The notes beneath the pieces are model-generated. The model was not told the DNA's origin and searched no databases. It was given only the letters and a program-made list of their open reading frames with translations. Made by a program: the position numbers and the translations under genes. This document shows, piece after piece, positions 1 through 12,545 of a DNA stretch of 45,554 nucleotides (its first letter is position 1; each line of letters opens with the position of its first letter). Source of the DNA: Octopus sinensis (taxonomy: Eukaryota); contig NW_021834704.1 in assembly GCF_006345805.1 (NCBI RefSeq), positions 1-45,554 on the forward strand, in the 5' to 3' direction.

Positions 1-2236
1 AAAACTGGTTGACAAGGCGCAAACGTGCACCGTGCCGGACCGGATCATCCATGACAACCTCCACCTGATGCGCTACATCATAGACAGGGTAGTTAACGAA
101 CCTGGCATGGGTGGGGCGCTGATCAATCGAAAGCTTTCGATAGGGTAGACCATCGATACTTGGAGGCAGTCCTCAGAGCGGGCTGGCTTCGGTCCCGTCT
201 TCCGCGGCTGGATAGCCACTTTGTACAGAGGCATCCGTTCGGTAGTTCGCGTAAATGGACATCTATCGAGACCTTTCGACATCGCACGTTCGGTTCTCAG
301 GGATGCCCCCTCTCGTCGCTTCTATACGTATTGACTCTCGAGCCACTATTGCGGAAGCTGGCAACTCTGAGGGGCATCCCGTGAGAACTGGGATGCGGGA
401 CGAGCGTGTCTGCATACGCGGACGACGTCACCGTCATAGTGTCTAGCCACGAGCACATCGAGCAGGTCGGCGAGACACTGAAAAACTACGAAGCAGTGAC
501 AGGAGCAAAAATCAACCGGGAAAAGTCAGTGGGCTTGCGACTAGGCACCTGGAGAAGCAAACCCATGCCGTCCACCAGCGCCTCCGTTGTGGGACGCTGG
601 ACCGACGGTCCGGTCGAGTTGCTCAGGGTCTGGTTCAGTCCGGACCTCCAAATGGAGAAGAACTGGAACGAGATAACGAGTAGGGTGGTCACTCTCGCCC
701 AGCAATGGGCCGAGAGGAAACTGTCCCTAAAAGGTCGGGCGGAGGTGGCGAACACGTACATCGCGTCCATCATCTACTACCGCCTGACCGTCGTGCCTTG
801 TTCCGACCCTACCATCACCAAACTAGAACGTATTCTCTTTCGCTTCTTAGGGAAAGAATGCGTCCCGATGGTCAGACGATTCATTTGCTGCCAACTCCCG
901 TTAAAAGTAGGGCTGGGCATGCCGTGGTTGATGATGCGCAGACATGCGCTGAGACTGCGACATGTCAGGCTCTTCGTAGACGACGGTGAACCAGGTGTGG
1001 TCACCGTTTGTGAGGCACGCGTTCCCGCAGCTCGTCTCCATGACCGAAATGCAATCGTAGATCAAAAAGAGGCCGAGGAAGGGCGAATGGCACCCGCGAG
1101 TGTCGCGTTGCTCTCAAGCAACTCTGCCGTCCTGGGTCAACCTTGAGTGACTCCATCACAACCAAAGCATTCTATAGGGGATTAGTGGAGGGGAGGTACG
1201 ACAATGCGCTCGGGGCGAACCTGGACGTCGACGAGGAATACCTGACCCGCCTGTTCGGGACTACTTCGGGCCAGGGCCCATGGACAACTTCCAGAGATCC
1301 CTGGGCCTGGCAGTGCTACTACCGAGAAGCGCTACCCGTTCGGGATAAGCTCTACAGACACGGCTCGAGAAAAACGGGGCCGACCTGCCCGAGATGCGGG
1401 CAGAGCGACGAAACCGTTCTGCACGCACTCGTGCAGTGTCCAACAATTTCCGACCTGTGGGCTTATGTCGAACAACTGCTGTTACGTGTGGGACGAGTTG
1501 GTTATCAGCTGAGTCTATTGTCAATATTGTCACGCCTCCTTCCTTCAAACGGGAAGGAAGAGCTATTTTCATCATCCTTGTGACTATGGCGAAAGAATGT
1601 ATCTGGTGGACGCGTCTGAAAGGATTGGAGAGAAACACTTTCCTCTCTGGTCAATCTCTCATCAACTTCTTCAAGTACCACTTGAAAAGGAAGTGAGAGT
1701 AGAGAGGCAAGTTTTGTCTAGCGAACGTTTTAAAAAAAGATGGGTGAATGTAGCAAGGGTGGCACGTATGAATGACGAAGCCACCTTGAGCATAATCCTG
1801 TGAACCCAGAAATTGAAAACAGAGGGTTACCCACTTGCAAACAAATGCGGTAACATATAACAATATTGACCAAGGTTACCGTGGTCTTTTTCGTAGGCTT
1901 TTCTTCCCACGGATAAACCTTACTTGTGTTCCCTTTTACACCATATATCATAACACTGTGATACACGATCCCTATTGATCGCTTTTTTCTCCTCTGCCCC
2001 TTTTTTCCACTTTTTTCTTCTTTTTTCATTTTTCTTTTCTTTTTTTCCTCTTTTCCTTTTTTTTCTTTTCCTTTTTCTTTCTTCTTCCTTTCTTTTCCTT
2101 TTTATTGTTCTTTTTTCCCTTTTACGATCCCTTTGATCGAAAACCTACGCCACTTTTTTTTTCTCCCCCAAAAGAAAAGCTCTACCTTGTAACTTGTCCC
2201 ATCTGTGTGCAGCCCTGTGTGGCCAATAAAGAAACT
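1..2236 (+). mobile_element. Tx1/L1-clade non-LTR retrotransposon, 3' part (RT, C-terminal CCHC knuckle, pyrimidine-rich 3' UTR); frameshifted
   Basis: Joining ORFs 160-384, 406-1146, 1143-1583 and 1394-1696 gives the RT motifs KAFDRVDH, QGCPLSSLLYVLTLEPLLRKL and AYADDVTV, then CPRCGQSDETVLHALVQC. It is GC-richer than the flanks, has a T/C-rich UTR at ~1980-2170 and AATAAA at 2225-2230. Confidence 0.9.
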
Positions 2237-2258
2237 TATATTATTATTATTATTATTA

Positions 2259-2304
<46 letters not shown>

Positions 2305-2334
2305 TATTATTTTTTTGTATTATTATTATTACTA

Positions 2335-2365
<31 letters not shown>

Positions 2366-2622
2366 TATTATTATTATTATTATTGTTATTACTATTATTA
2401 TTATTATTATTATTATTATTTTGTTACTATTATTATTATTATTATTATTATTATTTTTATTGTTATATTATTATATTACACTATTATTATTATTATTATA
2501 TTATTACTATTATTATTATTATATCATTATTTTATTATTATTATTATTATTACTATATTATTATTATTATTATCATTATTATTATTATTATTATTATTAT
2601 CATTATTCATTATTATTATTAT
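2237..2622. repeat. Imperfect (TTA/TAA)n microsatellite, ~385 bp
   Basis: Direct reading. It explains the poly-I/Y/L ORFs 2105-2736. Confidence 0.98.
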
Positions 2623-4075
2623 GTTTTTTTTTTCTTCTTTCAAATTTGCTTCTATTTCTTGCCGAGTGTCTTCCCGACTCCTAGGGCAAAGAAACTCATA
2701 GTATACATTGGTAGGCCATTAAACCAAACTCAATAGTTCGTTCATTTTGTTTAAGTTAAATTAAAATACATGGGTAGTAATAGTTCTCACATCGACAATG
2801 CTCTTCCAATACGTGTGATGTACCAGTTAAGACAATCTTTGCACTTCTTGCAGGGATGGTAAGCCAGGGATCATTCTCATATAATTTTCGGTTCCCTTCT
2901 GACATTCCTAGTGCTCCTACGATCACTGGTATTGTAACCGCCTTGAGATGCCACATTTTCTCAATTTCAGTGAGCAGGTCTTATATTTTCTGAGCTTGTC
3001 AAACTCTTTCGCCGAGATATTATGATCACAGGGATGCTCATGTCGATCAATAAGCAAACTTTATTGTTTTGGTCTTTTACAACAATATCTGGTTTATTGG
3101 CTTTGATGGTTCGGTCTGTATGTACTGGAAAGTCCCACAGAATCGTTACATTTTCTCCTTCAGTTACAGCTTCAGGGTGGCAGTTTTGATATTGTAATGC
3201 CGACTTATTAGCCAGTGTAGATATTGGCCAACTCTGTCATGTCTTAATTTATACTCCACTGGTGCTAAGACTTTACGTCCAGAGATTAGGTGGTCCACTG
3301 TTTCAATCATGTCGTTGCAGAATCAGCATTTTGGGTCTGCTCCATTTTTCATCACATTGGCCTGGCAGTTCCGGGTTAATAGGCTTTGATCTTGAGCAGC
3401 CAGGATGAAACCTTTGCTCTCTGCTTTTAGCCCTGAGCTCCGTAGCCACTGATGAGTTTGCTTCTGGTCAACATCAGCTTGTTTGCTGCGGGCCACATAT
3501 TTGCCGTGCAGAGGTTTCTCCTCCCGCCTATCAGCCAATTGCTCGTGCGCTTTTTTCGTTGCCATTATTTTCACCTTCTTTGCAACAATAGTTGCCGTAC
3601 TTCCCTCGGGTTGTTCAGTTTGGGTATCCTGCACGAGATCAATAGCAAATTCTTTGCTTTCCTTTAGTCTAGGTAGGTACAGATGATCAGCATCTGCTTT
3701 TGGGTGGTGCCATGTCCTTAGATGTTAATAGTTTTCTTGTCTTCCTGTTCATACATTGGAGTTCTGTAAAATTCCAGTTAATGATGCTAAGTCTATATTT
3801 GACTACTGGAAGTGCCAGGGTGTTAATGGCTTCATTGCAATTTTTGGAGTTGAGTTCAGTTTTTAGTATGAGTCTTATTCTCCTGTATTTCCTTTCTTAT
3901 TTTTCCCTCATAGTAGCATGTTGTATACATCTCCTTCGTTTATCCCCAGCTATTTATAGCTTTCTTGTGAATCAAGCTCCTTGATGGTAGTGTCACGCCT
4001 CATCTAATGTTTGCCTTTCCTCACTACTTTAACCTTCATCTTTAGGCAACTGTGACATTGAGTCACCTACAGAGG
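2623..4075 (-). mobile_element. R4/Dong-clade non-LTR retrotransposon, 5'-truncated (RT end, CCHC knuckle, restriction-like endonuclease, 3' UTR, (TAA)n tail)
   Basis: Minus-strand peptides KPLHGKY...THQWLRSSGLKAESKGFILAAQDQSLLTR...DPKC and MWHLKAVTIPVIVGALG are typical of R4/Dong ORF C-termini. The 3' UTR ends in an A-run followed by (TAA)n, the known Dong target and tail. Confidence 0.85.
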
Positions 4076-4156
4076 AGAATCTGAGCAGTAAGATTATTTA
4101 GTATCTCTACTATGGCGTTGAAGACTCGTTTTCTGCCAGTCAACACTAAACCAATA

Positions 4157-4272
4157 TCTATCTATCTATCCATCTATCTATCTATCTATCTATCTAATCT
4201 ATCTATCTATCTATCTCTATCTATCTACCTGCATGCACACACCACCCCCCACACACAACACACACACAACAC

Positions 4273-4300
<28 letters not shown>
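4157..4300. repeat. (TATC)n followed by (CA)n microsatellites
   Basis: Direct reading. Confidence 0.95.
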
Positions 4301-4303
<3 letters not shown>

Positions 4304-4590
4304 AAGCAATCTATTGTATGCAATATTTTGTTCTGTACTGAAATATAATTTTCGTTTCTAACCATATTCTGAGATATTCTGGTAATATTGATTCAGTTTC
4401 TTTCTTTATTCTTTTCGCAGACATGATGATGGCAAATTATTACTGGAAACTCCTCACTCTATACAACAAAGGGAAATAAATAACATTGATACTGTAAATC
4501 AGATTGTGAATTGCAAAATATTTCTTTAAATGACACCAAATAAAAAATATTTGTCACAGATATTACATTAAATTCAAATACATACATACC

Positions 4591-4657
<67 letters not shown>

Positions 4658-4719
4658 GTGTGTATGTATGAATTTATGCATCCATTCATGCATGTATGCA
4701 GACACAGGCAAGTCTGTAT

Positions 4720-5919
4720 GGTGAACAAATTCACTCCAAAGCTACATGGTTTCAGTGACTTCCATGAGGCAGTGTGCCGAGTGACATCACTGTGTCTACT
4801 TCACATGTTGTCAAATTTGCGTTGCTTTGATCATGTCTATGCTATGGTCAGCGATTTTGTCATGGACAGGGACAAAGAGCCAACAGGAAATTTGGGAAGT
4901 CTGCTGCAGAGACATTGAGCATGCTTACGGTGATGAAGCAAATGGGTCATACACATGGTATGAGCACTTCAAAAGCAGAAAAACTTCCTAGAAGGCGATA
5001 ATTTATCTTCTAGAAGACTGCCATGGTGTCACCCCCTGAAATGTGGAGAAAGTTCATCATCTTGTGCCTGAGGATCGTTGGAGTACAATCATGACATTGT
5101 GATGTTGATGGTCAGTCATGTGTGTCCGAGCAGGCAATCCTAATGTCCGGATTCTTCATGACAACAATGCACCCTGTCACTGAGCTCGCTTCACGCATGA
5201 GCTTCTCACCAAAAGCAACATGCTATCACTTACACACTCACCCTATTTGCAACATTTAGCACAAGTGGACTTCCATCTCTTTCTTTCCCTAGAGGAAAAT
5301 ACAGCTCAAAGATTGCTGTTTTAACACTGCTATTAAGATGAAGGTCCTTGACTCACTTATGGTCCTTGGCTCACTTTTGGTCCTTCACTCACTTATGGTC
5401 TTTGGCTCACTTTTGGTCCTTGGCTCACTTATGGTCCTTGACTCACTTATGGTCTTTGGCTCACTTATGATCCTTGGCTCACTTATGGTCCTTGACTCAC
5501 TTATGGTCCTTGACTCACTTATGGTCCTTGACTCACTTATGGTCCTTGGCTCACTTATGGTCCTTGACTCACTTATGGTCCTTGACTCACTTATGGTCCT
5601 TGACTCACTTATGGTCCTTGGCTCACTTTTGGTCCTTGACTCACTTATGATCCTTGGCTCACTTATGGTCCTTGACTCACTTATGATCCTTGGCTCACTT
5701 TGGTCTTGGACTCACTTTTGGTCCTTGACTCACTTATGGGTCCTTGGCTCACTTATACCAAATGACTTCGAGACCAGATTCCAACATGGCACCAAAGCTG
5801 GGGACCTGGTATTCTGCATTACGTGACTATTTCAAAGGAGATGATGTTAAATATTTGGTAGATAAATCATTTTTTATTAAACATAACTAGTCTGAGAACT
5901 TCTTTGATACTACCTTGTA
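4720..5919 (+). mobile_element. Degenerate mariner (Tc1/mariner) DNA transposon with an internal deletion
   Basis: Decayed HTH region (~4860-5110) and a catalytic remnant resembling HDNAP..H...PYSPDLAP.DF.LF (~5155-5290). The C-terminal 'gactatttcaaaggagat' (DYFKGD) is followed by a TIR-like end '...ctttgatactaccttg' and TA at 5918-5919. The 5' boundary is approximate. Confidence 0.8.
5343..5756 (+). repeat. 18-bp minisatellite (GGTCCTTGACTCACTTAT) x ~23 inside the mariner transposase remnant
   Basis: Direct reading. 23 hexapeptide units are countable in ORF 5338-5826. Confidence 0.95.
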
Positions 5920-5994
5920 TATGCTGTAAAGTCTCAAAGAATGGTAATGCTGTTACTTTCAACTCCTGGTTTTGGCTAGTTTTCATATCAGCTT

Positions 5995-6680
5995 CTGACA
6001 TATTCAGCACAGGCTTTTGCAGAAAGTCCAGTGAATGTATTGGCCAACTCTGTCATGTCTCGGTTTATTTTCAGTTGAAGTGAGGGTTAAGCATCCAGAT
6101 AGCATATGATCAATTGTTTCATCATGAGCATCAGAAACTCTGCACTTGGGGTTTGCTCCATTTTTGAAGATGTTAGCTTCTGTGTGTATTTCACTCTGGT
6201 TCTGTACAGCAAGAATGAATCCTCTGTTTCTGCCTTCATCTCTGAACTCTGCAGCCACTGATGGGTTTTTGGTTGGTCTACATCAGCTCCATGGAGAAGA
6301 GTTTTTGCTTTCATCCCATACACTTTGGCTGCCTTGTTGGAATTAGATTATCATTAGTATCTTCTATATCTGTAAGTGTATATCTGCTCCCCATATTTTT
6401 CTCAGCTTTTTTGTTTATAGAATGGAACTCTTCTCTTTTCTAGGGTCCTTGCCTTTCACCAATATTCATCATCCAATCACTGGTCTTACTTAGTATTTTT
6501 GCAGAACATTTCTGCTTTATATGAGACTTCTAGTGGCTCATCCTCTTCTGCCTCATTTCCCTGATAGCTAGAGGTATTTATATCACTTTGGATAATGCTT
6601 TTTATTTTTAGTTTACGTCCATTCTTTGCAGCCCAGCAAGGTTCCAGTTGATGGCATTGAAAGCAATATTCTATCAACAG
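5995..6680 (-). mobile_element. Second, more decayed R4/Dong LINE fragment
   Basis: Peptides THQWLQSSEMKAETE, GFILAVQNQS and NPKCRVSDAHDETIDHMLSGC...RHDRVGQYIHW match the 3.3-3.6 kb copy. Confidence 0.8.
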
Positions 6681-8198
6681 GTAGCTTCTATGCAGTTCTT
6701 TGCATTTCTCCTTTCCATCTTCCCCTTCATTTGTCTGTACTGAATACCTTTACCTTATGAATATCATCTTTTTTTATTGCTGTTGTTGTTGTTAGGGCAG
6801 TAAGCTTGAAGATTGACCATTGAAAACTATTTTGTGCTATTTTTCAGGCTTTTACATTCCATCACGGTCAATAAAATAAAATACTAGCACTGGGTCGATG
6901 CAAACCAACCACCATTCTTCCCTCAAATTAGCTGGCCTACCACCTAAATCAGAAATAATAATTATTGTTGTTGTTGCTGTTACCTTGTACTAGTTATAGT
7001 GTGTGTCAAAATATATTTCAGTTATTAGACATTAATACCAACGATGTAACATGACATCAAATTTCATTTCCATTATTTCCTTAAATATTTCTTGTTGTTT
7101 TGTAAAGTGTTTTTAAATAATAATACCATTTGTCTTAGATATTTTTTATCTCCATCTCATTGTTGAGATGCTAAAATAAAGAAAGCTCTTTCTATGATCA
7201 GTATTCTTGGATGGTGACCAAGATATTGAAAAGAATGTTCAGTAACTCATGATACTCTAATGTTACCATCTGTGTATCGTTGCCTTAACTTGTCTGAAAG
7301 ATCAACTTCCATGACCTAACTGCTCAAATCAACTGTAAGATTCTTTGCCATCTTCTTCTTATCACCAAAGAGTTTTACTTAAATTGATGATCTATTTTCA
7401 TACTCACACATTTTTCTATGATTGATGAGGTTAGTGCAGCCAGCTCATTGGAGAGCGTATTGGTCACTCAATTACATCTCAAATGAAGCATGCACTTTCC
7501 ACTCTGCTGGATTCGTTTCCTATTCAAATGCACTTGCTGGCAACCATATTGAATGCTTGAATATTGTTTAGTATCAATTTTTGTTCTTTTAAGTTTCTAA
7601 TAGAAATATTTCTTGCAGTCTACCAAGTAATTATTTGTTCCACTCCATCTAATATTTCATGCATTTAGTAAGAAAATATTTATTTGCTTTTTTTCCAATT
7701 CATTTCATTTTAATTCAAAGTCGTGGATGATATTCTTCAAAAATATTGAAAAATTTGGCAGAGTTTACGCTGAAATATTCCTCTGGATTTCGATAATGCA
7801 GAATAGGAATTTTGTCCTTAAATTCTCAGAAGGAAATTGGAAAAAGTTATAGAATATCGATTTCTTTGCTTCTTTTCACTCTGCTGCTAATGGATTTAAA
7901 GATAGTAAAATTCTGTCAACATTTGTTTACCATATTAGATGTGAATTAGTACAAAAGGAAATGATAATATTGAATCAGCTTCGTTTATTTTTTGTTTGTT
8001 TGTTTGTTGGTATATTCTCTGTAATAATTATTTATAAATTTAATAGTGGTGTTGTTTACTTGTTTATTCCTTTCTTATAATATATATAATGGGATAATTA
8101 TATAGCAGTATTTATTATTTTTTCCTGGAGAAAAATTAATTGAATTACTTCATTCATATGAAAGGAACTTCTCTAGATATCCATTATCAGTTGTGTCA

Positions 8199-8325
8199 CA
8201 GGCATAGCTGTGTGGTTAAAAGTTTGGTTCCCAATCATGTGGTTTTGAGTTCAGTTCCACTACAAACCTTGTGAGTGGATTTAACAATTGGAAACTGAAA
8301 GAAACCATTCATATATGTTTGTATG
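8199..8325 (+). mobile_element. tRNA-derived SINE head (same family as the 25-kb array); further decayed copies at ~9118-9290 (+), 12590-12800 (-), 13190-13365 (-), 13590-13750 (+) and 29270-29410 (+)
   Basis: A-box-like 'gctgtgtggt', B-box-like 'gagttcagttcc' and the family motif 'ccttgtgagtggattt...ggaaactgaaagaa'. Confidence 0.7.
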
Positions 8326-10794
8326 CGTATTTGAGGAAGGGATGTAGCTTCATGCTATACAGCCTGAGAAAAATGGTAATGCCATATTTCCATTTCTGAT
8401 GCTTGATACCTATTTGTAAGAACAAGAGGAATAAAAACCTCAAATTTAAGAATTGTGGATGGCAGGAAGAACATCCTGCAGTAAGTCTTCAAATGAGTCT
8501 TCGTCAAAGCTATGCCAGCATGGAATAGGGGACATAGAAACAAAGGAAAGCAGTAACAACTGGGCCTGTGGTGAAAGAGTTTAAAAAATGAATTTCATAG
8601 GACTAAGACAAACGGGTTCCAACAGAGTGTCTTATAGAAGTAAGTCAAAAGTTTTAGCCATTAAGTTATGCCATCCTCCTCCTCTCCCTCTTCATTCTCC
8701 TCCTCCTCCTCACCATCATCATCAGCAGCAGTAGCAGCAGTAGTAGCAGCAATTTAACATCTACTTTTCTATGCTTGCATAGGTCATACAAGAGTACACT
8801 GGGGCAGTGTTTTCTATGGCCAGATACCCTTTTGGTCCCAGCTCTCTCTAAATTCGAAGCAAAGTAATAATTTCCCAAACATTTTTACATGAAGAACTAG
8901 AAACAAATGACACTGCATGAATGAGCCTTTTGTTTGCAAAGAACACACAACATGTTCAGAAGCTTTGACCTGCTTTCACAGTGGACTGTTAAGTAAATTA
9001 TATTGTCCAACACCATTGGCAAACAGCTATGAAGACGAGGATAATATGAACTCTCTCTCTCTCTCTCTCTCACCCTCTCTCTCTCACTCTCGCTCTCTCT
9101 CTCTCATACACACAAAAGGCATGGCTGTGTGTTTAGGAAGCTCACTTTGCAATCACATAGTTTAGGTTCAGTTCCACTGCCTACCACCGTGAGTGTCATC
9201 CACTATAATCCTGGGCCAACCAATTCCTTGTGAGTGAAATTACTACATGGAAATTGCATGGAAAGCCCATCATATATATAGGTGTGTGTGTGTGATTTTG
9301 TATTTCTCTTACTTTCTCTGGTTTGTAAACAATGGCTTCTTGAGAGTGTTTTTGTTTGCAATCTACCACAAAAGCATGTCTGGGCTGGGAGATTATTAAC
9401 TCACCTGGAAGGACATCTAGAAACTCTGTGCCAACATAGTCTGACACATGCAAGCAACAATGGTGTTGACATCTCTATGCAATTTATGCCCTCCAATTCT
9501 ACTCATAGAGCATTTTTCAACCCAAGGCCATAGCAGAAGTCATTTCCTTAATGTGCCAGTCACAGGGATAGCACTTGCAACCATATGGTAACAAAGTGAA
9601 CTCCATAACCACACAGCCATGCCTGTCTTTGGTTCTTTGAAATAAAATTGCCTGTTTTAAAGTGTCCAATATTTAATGGTTATTTTCAGGGTGGGGGGTC
9701 GTTTACCTACAGAGATCATCTGACAGCAGTTTTTTCTCAAGACTCTCCTACTTTTGTTTTTTGTTCCCAAATAAATACCTTCTTGCACATTTATTTAATG
9801 GTTCTTTGATCACTACTTTGGCAAGTGCTGTGGAGTCTGTACTGAGGTTTAGCATCACAGAAACATGCCCAGAAGAATCACTAGTATTGTTCCTTCTTTA
9901 CCGCAAAATGTTTTCTAGTTAGTTCCTTTGATGTTTCACAGTGATGGCCATGTTTCTACATGATTTGGGGTTTGACCCCTCAGTGCAGCTCTATAAGTAA
10001 GTGACTCCTGTTATAGCCATGAGTCAATCAAAGCCTTTGGGATGAAATTTGGTCCACAGAAAATGTGTGGATGCCAGTCAAAGGAACTGTTCATGTTTCT
10101 CTGGGATTTGACTTGATCCAACGCTATCCCAGCTACCCTTGACCTTTGGATAACTTTTTCAAAATGCTTTGTTGCAAAAATTTGGAAGAGAGTAAAAGAT
10201 ATTGGAATTGAAACTCACATTGTTGACTGCAGATAAGTACAATTCTGTACTCTACAAGAGACTTAAGAAAGATTCTTGTGATTTGAGGAGACATGTCACC
10301 AAACCTGAAAATGCTAATTAGCATTGGAATAACAACAACAACAACAGTTGTAGTAGTGGTGGTGGTGATGAATTGGGTGAGTCATTAGGGTAGTAGATAG
10401 AATATCTTGCAGTATCTATTTTGACTCACTGAGCTCTGAGTTCAAATCCCACTCAGCCCAGCAGCGGCTTTTGTCCTTGACAGTCAATAAAAAACTTATG
10501 AATCTTGGGTGGTAGATTTGTAGAATTGTATGTTGAACTGAATGTCTTGCAATATTTTTTCCCGCTCATTTCTTTCTGAGTTCAAATCCTACCATGGTCT
10601 AACTTGGGGGATAGACTTAATCTATTGCCTAACATAATGCCACCATCTTGCACCTTGAATGCTTTTAGCAGGGTTCACTGTCTTGCAAACAATCACACCA
10701 AGTCTCTTGTTTAAGAATCTGTTTCTCCTGCTTTCTCTCCCCCCTCTCTCTTTCTATATATAATTTTTTCTATAAAAAATAATACAAAATAAAA

Positions 10795-10843
10795 CATATA
10801 TACATATATATACATAATATATATATATATATTATATATATAT

Positions 10844-10907
<64 letters not shown>

Positions 10908-10921
10908 ACATATATATATAT
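10795..10921. repeat. (TA)n microsatellite
   Basis: Direct reading. Confidence 0.95.
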
Positions 10922-10925
10922 GGGG

Positions 10926-11225
10926 GGGGGCGCAATGGCCCTGTGGTTAGGGCAACGGACTCGCGGTCATAGGATCGCGGTTTCGATTCCCAGACTGGGC
11001 GTTGTGAGTGTTTATTGAGCAAAAACACCTAAAAGCTCTACGACGCTCCGGCAGGGGGTGGTGATCCCTGCTGTACTCTTTCACCACTCTTTCTTCTGTT
11101 GGCCTGCTCGCTTAGCCAGCGGGGTGGCATCATTCGAAGGCTAAAACAATGCGAACGCATTGTGACCAGCGATGTGTAACAACATCTGATGGTCAGGTTG
11201 GTCACGTGATCACGTGATCACGTGA
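10926..11225 (+). mobile_element. Young tRNA-derived SINE with a (TCACGTGA)3 tail, flanked by (TA)n; truncated relative at ~31899-32057
   Basis: tRNA-like head 'ggcgcaatggccctgtggttaggg...ggtttcgattcc' with CpGs retained and a tandem octamer tail. The homologous head recurs at 31.9 kb. Confidence 0.8.
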
Positions 11226-11439
11226 TATATATATATATATATATACAGCCAGGCTTATTCCTCATTTTCTTTTTGGGAGTGGGTAGCCACAACAAGACAC
11301 ATACCAGGAATTCCATACATTTCCCAGCTCAAAGAGGAGAGCCCTGTCCTATGCTCAGGTCAAGGCATGGAATGCAACCCCCAATATCAGCAGCGGGGCC
11401 TGACAGCATATGCTGGTTTATTCCTGCAGCATCATTCTG

Positions 11440-11740
11440 GTTCCGTACCCCTTTGAGCAACATCAAACTCACTCATCCATCCACAAACACTCTCCAAGCT
11501 TTCTCATCATTTATAAACTCTCTTGCCTCCCTCACTCCAACACCTCTGTCCACCAAAGCTTTCCTCCATCCATCCATCCACACAAACCGAGGTCTGCCTC
11601 TGGTTCTGCTCCCTACCACTTCTGCCTTCATCAGCCTCCTTACCATCCACTCCTCATCCATCCTCTCCATGTGGCCAAACCACCTCAACATTCATCTATC
11701 CATTTTGGTTGTTAGTTTTTCCTTCATTGCTGCTGTTTTT
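11440..11740 (-). mobile_element. RTE-type LINE 3' ORF fragment
   Basis: ORF 11473-11691: LRWFGHMERMDE...RGRPRFVWMD, the typical RTE ORF2 C-terminus. Confidence 0.85.
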
Positions 11741-12334
11741 GCACCTCTTCATCACTTTCTTTGCCAGAAACTCTAACAGCAGGTCGTCTTAGTTCTATGA
11801 TCCAATGTGTTTCATATTAAGAGCGTCTGATATTTTCCGTTTGTTTATTTTTCATAAAGTTCTTCAAATCTATGTTGATGTAAGAGGCAATGACTTGAAA
11901 TTTACACAAAGAATGCAAGACTTAATGAAGATTATAATAAAAACCGTTTGTCACTGTTGGCATTTACTATTCTTTGAGAATAGCATCTATAACCACTGAC
12001 TACTTTTTTTAAGCTTCTCTGAACAGTAAAATTACTTTGACTCTCCTACATTGATATAATTCTCCTCAAATAATCTGTGGTTGTTTGATCTTGATCTCTG
12101 GCACTGTGGGTTCCTATTTTTCTCCTTAAATCTTTGTCTTTTTTTTTCATTAAATCTCTTGCCCATAAATTTAGAACCCAGTCACCTAAAACCTGATTTT
12201 TGAAGTGATATATTTTCTGCTAAAATAGCTGCCCTCACCTTTTTTTTCTTCCTTTTAATATTAGGCTCAGTAGCCTGCATTATTCTTATCAGTTCTGGCA
12301 TTTGATCCTAGATACTTCAATAATGATTTACCAT

Positions 12335-12545
12335 TAAGTCGGGCGAAATGCTTAGCGGTATTTCGTCTGCCGCTTCGTTCTGAGTTCAAATTCCGCTGAG
12401 GTCGACTTTGCCTTTCATCCTTTCGAGCTCGATTAAATAAGTACCAGTTACGCACTGGGGTCAATATAATCGACTTAATCCGTTTGTCTGTCCTTGCTCG
12501 TCCCCTCTGTGTTTAACCCCTTGTGGGTAGTAAAGAAATAGTTAT
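12335..12545 (+). mobile_element. SINE with a CORE-like central domain
   Basis: B-box 'gagttcaaattcc' followed by 'gtcgactttgcctttcatcc...ataagtaccagt', as recalled for mollusc CORE-type SINEs. Family assignment is from memory. Confidence 0.6.

Noticed and set aside
2105-2736. Long poly-I/Y/L ORFs
   Set aside because: Translations of the (TTA)n microsatellite.
5343-5756. CRISPR-like array
   Set aside because: Contiguous 18-bp units with no unique spacers, in a eukaryotic context with no cas genes.
7200-7980. Possible decayed DNA transposon or Helitron coding relic
   Set aside because: Looks coding-derived, but no motif could be read confidently in any frame.
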